From a virus: 64,000 nt of DNA. The notes beneath the pieces were generated by a model that worked only from the letters and a program-made list of their open reading frames with translations, did not search any database and was not told the DNA's origin. Numbering within the stretch: the first letter of the stretch is position 1; each line of letters opens with the position of its first letter. Of the stretch, positions 57,853 through 64,000 are shown piece after piece. A program made the translations under genes and the position numbers. Location: positions 32,001 through 96,000 of IMG/VR virus record IMGVR_UViG_3300044941_000276; one strand, written 5' to 3'.

Positions 57853-57955
57853 CCATCTATCGTCTAAGTAAGACGATTTGACAATCGCTTATAACAAAAA
57901 TTGAAGATTATAAGCAATTGTTAAATAAATACAGGTTCGTATCCTGTTAGATGGT
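57853..57955 (+). ncRNA. tRNA-like RNA whose anticodon arm is a 19-bp stem with a CAAAAATTGAAGA loop
   Basis: CCATCTA/TAGATGG acceptor; TC; GTCT-aagta-AGAC D arm; long arm; AAAT; ACAGG-TTCGTAT-CCTGT T arm. Confidence 0.75.
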
Positions 57956-58074
57956 CAATTAATCACCTGAGTTTAAGAGATTCACCCTAAGGTAACTGAC
58001 GTTAAACTTTTTGTCAGGAGAATAAGGTTATGACATAAGTCATAGGTGATTTAAGATTTTAAATTATTTATCGT

Positions 58075-58296
58075 ATGAAAGTTTACGTTCATAGGTACCA
58101 ATTTGAAGGAGTATTAATCGAATTAATATTGCCTCATAACAAGCCTATTGAAGTTGGTGATGCGATTTCAATTGAAGAAATTGAAATTGAACCAATAAGA
58201 ATAGAGCACGCAATCTTAGATGCGGTTGTCGTATATTTTTCTTATAGAAGCAAAGAAAGAAGTGTAATCGTTGACAAATCAAATCTTGAAAAGTAA
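58075..58296 (+). CDS. Small hypothetical protein
   Basis: 73-aa ORF. Confidence 0.55.
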   Translation: MKVYVHRYQFEGVLIELILPHNKPIEVGDAISIEEIEIEPIRIEHAILDAVVVYFSYRSKERSVIVDKSNLEK

Positions 58297-58547
58297 TGGA
58301 AGAAATAATCTTGGCGTTGTTAGACACTTGTCTAATCAGAGAACGCGACCCGCGACAATTTCCAATATCAGAAGACACTATGTATCGGTATAATATGCCT
58401 GAGCAATTATGCGATACTATTGTATCTATTGGTAAATATGTTGAACCGCAAACAGAAGCAGATCGCTATCGTGAAGCTGCAATTGGTAAAACATATATCG
58501 TTGACATTTATCAATTATATAATACAATCATTTCTCATGGAATTTAA
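58296..58547 (+). CDS. Small hypothetical protein
   Basis: 83 aa, TAATG coupling. Confidence 0.55.
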   Translation: MEEIILALLDTCLIRERDPRQFPISEDTMYRYNMPEQLCDTIVSIGKYVEPQTEADRYREAAIGKTYIVDIYQLYNTIISHGI

Positions 58548-58944
58548 AGTTTTATTCACATCACCTAACGGTTACGCTGTCGATTTAAAAAAACAATCGT
58601 TTGGTTATAACCAATATGAGTTTGCCAAACGTTATGTAAATCCAATGGAACTCGATCCCCGTGTGGTTTTAGATTACATAGATGAGTTTAAAACCGATAT
58701 TATCATAGACGTATGTGTAAGTAAAATTAAAGGATGTCTTTCATCTGTATTTTATGACACTACGTTTGTAAAAGTAATAGTTCCATCAGGAACATTGCGT
58801 CGGTATGTAAGTCTCATCCCTGTTGTCGAAAAACATTATGATCAAATAACCAGTATAACTTGGAGATACCAAATCAACGATGACAATATATTAGATTCAT
58901 GGTCGTCAGATGGTTGTCCTTTATACTGGAATCCCATTAAATAA
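58537..58944 (+). CDS. Hypothetical protein
   Basis: Likely ATG 58537 (MEFKV). Confidence 0.55.
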   Translation: MEFKVLFTSPNGYAVDLKKQSFGYNQYEFAKRYVNPMELDPRVVLDYIDEFKTDIIIDVCVSKIKGCLSSVFYDTTFVKVIVPSGTLRRYVSLIPVVEKHYDQITSITWRYQINDDNILDSWSSDGCPLYWNPIK

Positions 58945-58972
58945 TCATTCATTCACCTTAAATTTAAAAACC

Positions 58973-59572
58973 ATGTACAAGATCATCTCGGTCGTTTCAA
59001 AAAATTCCTTAATTGAAACAGATTATAGAAAAAACATAATCACTAAAGAAATTAAAAAGAGAGAGTCGATCATTGCAAACGAAAACCCTTATTGGGTTAA
59101 CGTATCGTTATATATGGTCGTCGCCAATCTTAAAAGTTATCCAAAGCGATGGTATTATGTTGTAGATGAAGAAGGTCGGTATAACATTGCTGTTGCTGAC
59201 AACGTGTCTAAAGCAACTCCTAACATACCATCGTGGGTTATTGACGTTTGGTTAAAAGATAACAATGTTCAATTTAATGTTACTTTTGATGAACTTGAAC
59301 AATTAAACTATGAAGTAGCAAAAGAAGATAATGTTCAATCATCAAATTGCTTGGAGGAGGTTGTAGTAACAAAAGAACATTTTGAAGTTATTCAATTAAC
59401 TAAAAGTAATAACTTTATATTGAGACACATCAAAAAAGGACTGATAGTTATACTTGAAAAAAAACATCATAAGAAGTTTTTTGAAGGTTTAAAATTTCAA
59501 GTAGAAAAAGAAACTTGGTCCCGATATGGTGATGTTTTTGTAGTAAGACCGTTCTCTGTTGTAATTTTGTAA
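58973..59572 (+). CDS. Hypothetical protein
   Basis: Likely ATG 58973 after an A-rich leader. Confidence 0.6.
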   Translation: MYKIISVVSKNSLIETDYRKNIITKEIKKRESIIANENPYWVNVSLYMVVANLKSYPKRWYYVVDEEGRYNIAVADNVSKATPNIPSWVIDVWLKDNNVQFNVTFDELEQLNYEVAKEDNVQSSNCLEEVVVTKEHFEVIQLTKSNNFILRHIKKGLIVILEKKHHKKFFEGLKFQVEKETWSRYGDVFVVRPFSVVIL

Positions 59573-59576
59573 TATC

Positions 59577-59605
59577 AGTACGCCTCTTGAACAGAGGCGT
59601 ACTTT
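59577..59605 (+). terminator. Intrinsic terminator
   Basis: AGTACGCCTCT-tgaac-AGAGGCGTACT-TT. Confidence 0.6.
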
Positions 59606-59620
59606 AAATCAGTCAAAAAA

Positions 59621-60331
59621 ATGAAAAAGATTCGTAAAAACAAAGAACTTTTTGAATTATTTCAAAACAATAAATTCAAAAATAAAAATATAGATTATAT
59701 TCAAATGCTCATTGATAGGTATCGGTCGATAGTTAATCCAGTATTCAAATTAGGTAGTTATGATTTTAATATAAATATATCATATCAGTTTTTAGACAGT
59801 CGAGATATTAGAACAATAAAATTATTAGTCGAATCATTTGAAAAAGAAATTAATCGAGTATATGATGATATTAAAAAAAGATATTATCAAGATATACTCG
59901 ACTGGGGTAATCAATACAAATCGCCAAGATGGAATTTAGAAAATTTATACGCAATGGCTGATTATATATCAACTATATCTCAGGAAGAATTTAATATAAG
60001 CGCCCCTCTCAATTATGATATAAAACACATCAAAGATGTAAAAGTAAAAGATGTTATTGGTCATTGTGTAATAATCGATGATCAATTTAATTCTTTTCTT
60101 ACTCAAAATAATTTTGATTTTCATCGATGGTGTGAAAACTTTACTGGTTTATCAATACACTGCCCAGAATGGATTTGGTGTTTTGGTTCACAATGGGCTA
60201 ATACAGATAATACACCAATGGGCGCTGCTATAAGAATACTTTGGCTTATTGAGTGCGGTTTACCTAATAATTGGGAAGCACAAATGAACAATCAGGCACC
60301 TTTGTGTTACGAACAATTTTATGACATATGA
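59621..60331 (+). CDS. Hypothetical protein, paralog of 60328-60738
   Basis: Shared VIGHC..TGL..EW.WCF..QWA..DNTP.GAA.RI.WLI..GLP.NW..PLCY domain. Confidence 0.7.
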   Translation: MKKIRKNKELFELFQNNKFKNKNIDYIQMLIDRYRSIVNPVFKLGSYDFNINISYQFLDSRDIRTIKLLVESFEKEINRVYDDIKKRYYQDILDWGNQYKSPRWNLENLYAMADYISTISQEEFNISAPLNYDIKHIKDVKVKDVIGHCVIIDDQFNSFLTQNNFDFHRWCENFTGLSIHCPEWIWCFGSQWANTDNTPMGAAIRILWLIECGLPNNWEAQMNNQAPLCYEQFYDI

Positions 60332-60738
60332 ATAAAAAAAATCTTATTTCGATAGCTCGATACTTGCCTACAATAAGACAAGAAAATTTTGACATGTTAA
60401 AATTTAGGACTGGTGATAAATCATCTCATGAGTGCAATTCAATAGGATGCGTCATTGGTCATTGTACAATATTAGATGACTACGAAAACATACCTCGTAC
60501 ACCTACAGGTCAAATAAATTTTCAATTATGGTCTGAAAAGTACACGGGTTTACCTATCGATAGTGAAGAATGGGCTTGGTGCTTTTCTGAACAATGGGCT
60601 CATTGGGGAACAGATAATACTCCCATTGGTGCAGCCAAACGTATAATTTGGTTAATTACCGAAGGACTACCTGAAAATTGGAGAGAACAAATTACAGGTG
60701 AAGATCCTTTGTGTTATACGAACATCGAAATATTTTAA
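60328..60738 (+). CDS. Hypothetical Trp/Cys-rich protein, paralog of 59621-60331
   Basis: Same domain, standalone. Confidence 0.7.
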   Translation: MNKKNLISIARYLPTIRQENFDMLKFRTGDKSSHECNSIGCVIGHCTILDDYENIPRTPTGQINFQLWSEKYTGLPIDSEEWAWCFSEQWAHWGTDNTPIGAAKRIIWLITEGLPENWREQITGEDPLCYTNIEIF

Positions 60739-60746
60739 ATATCACT

Positions 60747-61055
60747 ATGTATACAATTTATTTAGAATTAAAAGACGGTAGTAAAAGCAAACACACCGTC
60801 GAATCAAAACAAGATTTTGCAAATTGGTCGCTTAAAAACATTAGAAAATTCGATACTATGGGAGTATTTTTAGTTTATCCTGAACATTATTTGTCAATCG
60901 ATTCTCCTAATAGTTTTTTCGTAACGCCTTTCTTTGTTGAAGTTATCGACTGGTTTAAAGACATAAATCTTTCTCCTAAAATATACATAAAAATATTTGA
61001 AAGAAATGATTACTTAGGAGTAGTAGATTATTTATATAATTTTTATAAAAAATAA
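60747..61055 (+). CDS. Hypothetical protein
   Basis: Likely ATG 60747. Confidence 0.55.
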   Translation: MYTIYLELKDGSKSKHTVESKQDFANWSLKNIRKFDTMGVFLVYPEHYLSIDSPNSFFVTPFFVEVIDWFKDINLSPKIYIKIFERNDYLGVVDYLYNFYKK

Positions 61056-61232
61056 CCAGTTGATTTTGTAGTAACTGTACCCGTGTTGCATCCCGTCAGA
61101 TCTGCTCGCGGGTCTTTTTTTTATTTAAATATCAATACACATGAACGATACTCAATTGGTAACTGTGATAATACTTTTATCATTTACCCTATTTAAAATA
61201 TTAAAAAGAATAATTTTTAATTCACTTGAGAA

Positions 61233-61604
61233 ATGAGAAAGCAAGCGTTTTATATCATCATGATTATCATAACTATTTTTATGGCGGTTATTAGTTATGC
61301 GTCGGTTCCTCGATGGAATCTTAAATCTACTACTATTATCAATAATCACGACTCTATTGTGACATATAAAACGGTGTATGAAAATAAATCAACCGATAAC
61401 GATACAGTAATTACTGTAGTATTTCAATTACCTCTTGGTATCAATCCAGTAAATGGATTACCCGATCATAAATTTTCAGCTGTATATGTTAAATTTACTG
61501 TTCAAGGAGTAGTAACAATATATAGAAAAAAATTTAACGATCGATACAGAATCATTTCTTTTAGAAAAATGTCAGTAGACGATTTAAAATTATTAATGAA
61601 CTGA
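61233..61604 (+). CDS. Membrane-anchored/exported protein
   Basis: N-terminal hydrophobic AFYIIMIIITIFMAVISYA. Confidence 0.6.
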   Translation: MRKQAFYIIMIIITIFMAVISYASVPRWNLKSTTIINNHDSIVTYKTVYENKSTDNDTVITVVFQLPLGINPVNGLPDHKFSAVYVKFTVQGVVTIYRKKFNDRYRIISFRKMSVDDLKLLMN

Positions 61605-61617
61605 ATCACAAAAAAAC

Positions 61618-61998
61618 ATGAAAAAAGGAGATTATGTAAAAACCAGTAAAAATAAAACTGGTATAATAAAATCAATAAAATTTATTGTTTACTCTTCTAC
61701 CGATCCCGATGGAGAAGTTGATGTAAAAGAGATTAGATGTTTTGAAAACGAAACAGAAGGTTATACTTATATAACAAACCTTGAAAACGATAACCAAGAT
61801 AGTAATATCTACTACCATATAAAAAAATCTATTATGGTCCAACTTGGTAGTAATGAATATGAAATTGGAGAAAACCAATTAAGAACTATCGATTGGTTAA
61901 CCATCACTATCCCATCGAGTTTTACTCTTGATATAAATAATGCTCGAGAGGTACTTGATATGTTATCAAGATATAGAATATATCACACAATCGATTAA
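61618..61998 (+). CDS. Hypothetical protein
   Basis: 126 aa, MKKGDYVK start. Confidence 0.55.
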   Translation: MKKGDYVKTSKNKTGIIKSIKFIVYSSTDPDGEVDVKEIRCFENETEGYTYITNLENDNQDSNIYYHIKKSIMVQLGSNEYEIGENQLRTIDWLTITIPSSFTLDINNAREVLDMLSRYRIYHTID

Positions 61999-62035
61999 TT
62001 ATCAAATCGTTCATTCACCTTTTATTTACACAAAA

Positions 62036-62302
62036 ATGAGAGTAGCACACGTTTATCATCCAACAAAAGATCCCCAAGGCATGTATGAAATCAATAAAAA
62101 GCAAATATCGGGTACACGTAAAGTAAAATTATCCGAGGCTTACGTTGATTGGTACACTGTTACTGTTCATAAAGCTCAACTTATGGATCAAGATCTTGTA
62201 AGATTGTTCTTTTACATTGGAAACCAAGAACAATCTTGCGTAGCGTTAAGCGATGAGTACTTGAGATTAAAATCAACCGACGATGCAACTATAACAAACT
62301 AG
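62036..62302 (+). CDS. Hypothetical protein
   Basis: Likely ATG 62036. Confidence 0.55.
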   Translation: MRVAHVYHPTKDPQGMYEINKKQISGTRKVKLSEAYVDWYTVTVHKAQLMDQDLVRLFFYIGNQEQSCVALSDEYLRLKSTDDATITN

Positions 62303-62305
62303 ACT

Positions 62306-62674
62306 ATGAAAAAGCTGATTTTATTATTAATGTTAGCGATAAGTTTTTCAACTTATGCGCAAACCCAAGACGTTTTGAAAGACAAGATGTATGAAATGAA
62401 GATAGAAGATACTACTATAACTTGTTACAAAGTTATACGTAAGTATACTATCGCAAATGATTACCGTCCTGTTTACATATACGTTTGGGCATTTGTTCCT
62501 GTATCGGCAGCAGAGACTATGAATAGTTATGATCTGTGGCCTTTTTCATTTGACATGAAAATACAATATTGGTATGGTGTCAAAGTAAAAAATCGTTGGG
62601 TAGAAGTTCCTATGGGTAATGTAAAAGACACTGATTGGATAGATGTTAACCATTACTATCACGGAGAAAGATAA
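62306..62674 (+). CDS. Secreted protein
   Basis: MKKLILLLMLAISFSTYA-Q signal peptide. Confidence 0.7.
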   Translation: MKKLILLLMLAISFSTYAQTQDVLKDKMYEMKIEDTTITCYKVIRKYTIANDYRPVYIYVWAFVPVSAAETMNSYDLWPFSFDMKIQYWYGVKVKNRWVEVPMGNVKDTDWIDVNHYYHGER

Positions 62675-63277
62675 ATGACAAAGTCACAAATCATCTTAGA
62701 GGTTGAAACGAGTGATTTTCAACCTCGTTTTTCATTCACAGACGATATCGATTCTGTTGTAGATGATATTAATCGCCCGCATGAAGATTATTTTCTTGGA
62801 TTCAATGATAAAGTTAAAGAAATAATCCAACGTGAAATCGAGTACGCTCAGTCAGTTGATAATTATTCTATACTTTTTGCTGATGTCTGCAATTGGCAAA
62901 AAGAATTGTTTGAGTACAAAAAAGAAAAAATATATCAACTGCAAAATAATAGTGATGACAAACTCAAAGAAAAAGCAATCGGGTTGCCAAATCAACATAT
63001 TAACCTCGGTCTTAGACAAGTTAGTGTAAAAGTTGGTCGATGGACACCACCTGGGCCTATCTTTCTTGAAGAGTTAAAGTCAATGAACTTCCCTATTTCA
63101 GTTGAGATTGTAAAGTCTTTGTGTGATTCTGACGAAGATGTAAGACTTTATCTTACTGATTGGTATAAAATCTTTCAAACTATTCACATGTTTGAAGATT
63201 TCAATGGACGATTAGGAGGTATAGTAATTAACATACTGTCCTATATCGTAAACGGTCACTACCTTATTAGACTATGA
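62675..63277 (+). CDS. Fic/Doc family protein
   Basis: FQTIHMFEDFNGRLG is a variant of HPFxDGNGRxxR; LRQVSVKVG. Confidence 0.75.
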   Translation: MTKSQIILEVETSDFQPRFSFTDDIDSVVDDINRPHEDYFLGFNDKVKEIIQREIEYAQSVDNYSILFADVCNWQKELFEYKKEKIYQLQNNSDDKLKEKAIGLPNQHINLGLRQVSVKVGRWTPPGPIFLEELKSMNFPISVEIVKSLCDSDEDVRLYLTDWYKIFQTIHMFEDFNGRLGGIVINILSYIVNGHYLIRL

Positions 63278-63636
63278 GTATCAATGAAGAACAACTGAAA
63301 CAAGTAGTACCTCATATGAATGAGGTACTACAGCGTTGGTCAGTACCGTATAACATGAAGAATGTAAACGATACTATGAAAAGTTTTATTCTTGCATGTA
63401 TTTATTATAATGACCGAAAGGAACATTATATAGCTAAAAGATTAAAAAAATCTTTTGATGTAAACTTAGATTTGACCTTTGATGGTAAAATCAAACAAGT
63501 TAATATCGTAAATCATTTGAAACCATTTGAGCTAGGTACTGCTTATGAAAATATAATTGATGCTTTACAAACCTTCTTTTCTTTTAAGATAGAAGAGCTT
63601 GATTATGAAAAAATTAATAGTATAACATTTCCATAA
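63274..63636 (+). CDS. Hypothetical protein
   Basis: 120-aa ORF. Confidence 0.55.
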   Translation: MSINEEQLKQVVPHMNEVLQRWSVPYNMKNVNDTMKSFILACIYYNDRKEHYIAKRLKKSFDVNLDLTFDGKIKQVNIVNHLKPFELGTAYENIIDALQTFFSFKIEELDYEKINSITFP

Positions 63637-63642
63637 ACCATT

Positions 63643-64000
63643 ATGACAGAAGAAAAAAAGTTTTATGATGCTTTAGCCAAGTTAGATGCTATTATGAAAG
63701 GAACACTTAATCGTAAAGATAAAGTAAGATCCGACTCATTAAATAGCATTGTTGATCAATTGATCGCGGAACAACAACAAGCTGTAGCTGAAAAGGTAAA
63801 AGAACATCTTAGACAACTTGTAAAAGCAAAAGCAGACTTTGACAGAGTAATGAAAGAAGAAGAAGACAAGTTGAAAGCTCTAAGAGAAAAGAAAATGAAG
63901 GAGTTTGTTTCATCTGTTCAAAAGCTTCAATCTATGATAGAAGATGTTTCAAAAGTAGAAGACAGTTATAAAAGTACTGTAGAAGCTATTTCAAAAGAAC
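63643..64000 (+). CDS. Coiled-coil protein (partial)
   Basis: ATG 63643 (MTEEKKFYDALAK...), open to the window end. Confidence 0.6.
   Translation, partial: MTEEKKFYDALAKLDAIMKGTLNRKDKVRSDSLNSIVDQLIAEQQQAVAEKVKEHLRQLVKAKADFDRVMKEEEDKLKALREKKMKEFVSSVQKLQSMIEDVSKVEDSYKSTVEAISKE

Noticed and set aside
49913-57925. CRISPR array suggested by repeated ATTGAA(G/A), including GGGATTGAAAT at 50236
   Set aside because: Copies are hundreds to thousands of nt apart with no full-length repeat or regular spacers, and no cas operon is present.

Overview
This is a 64-kb slice of a crAss-like (Crassvirales-type) tailed phage genome with a probable Bacteroidota host, read in the standard genetic code. The minus-strand block (1-48,872) is the late/virion region. 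In transcription order it holds RepL-like, exonuclease, GroES-like and ferritin-like genes, then terminase and portal, an insertion of fibre and Cys-rich surface proteins, and scaffold and major capsid genes. These are followed by ring/auxiliary capsid proteins, a muzzle/tail-stabilisation protein and a cluster of putative internal cargo proteins. The cargo proteins share a recurrent aromatic/aliphatic-x-x-GG motif and include a minimal topoisomerase IB and a PT-TG/GNAT/ART polyvalent protein. The block ends with tail fibres/spikes, a PAS-TM protein and a patatin. After a repeat-rich strand switch at about 48.9-49.3 kb, the plus strand carries an early-type region. Its most striking content is several kb of densely structured non-coding DNA. 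It contains at least 13 H-type or long-range pseudoknots (two with compensatory base changes), a type III hammerhead ribozyme, and seven hairpins with unrelated stems but the same AATTGAAG(A) loop. It also holds two canonical tRNAs and two tRNA-like RNAs, one of which displays the AATTGAAGA loop in place of an anticodon. Interleaved with these are a MoxR/VWA pair, a DUF1874 (AcrIII-1-family) homolog and a Fic gene. My best candidate for an undescribed system is this RNA-rich early island, possibly an RNA decoy/anti-defence or phage-specific regulatory platform. All family calls come from motifs read by eye; no database searches or folding programs were run.
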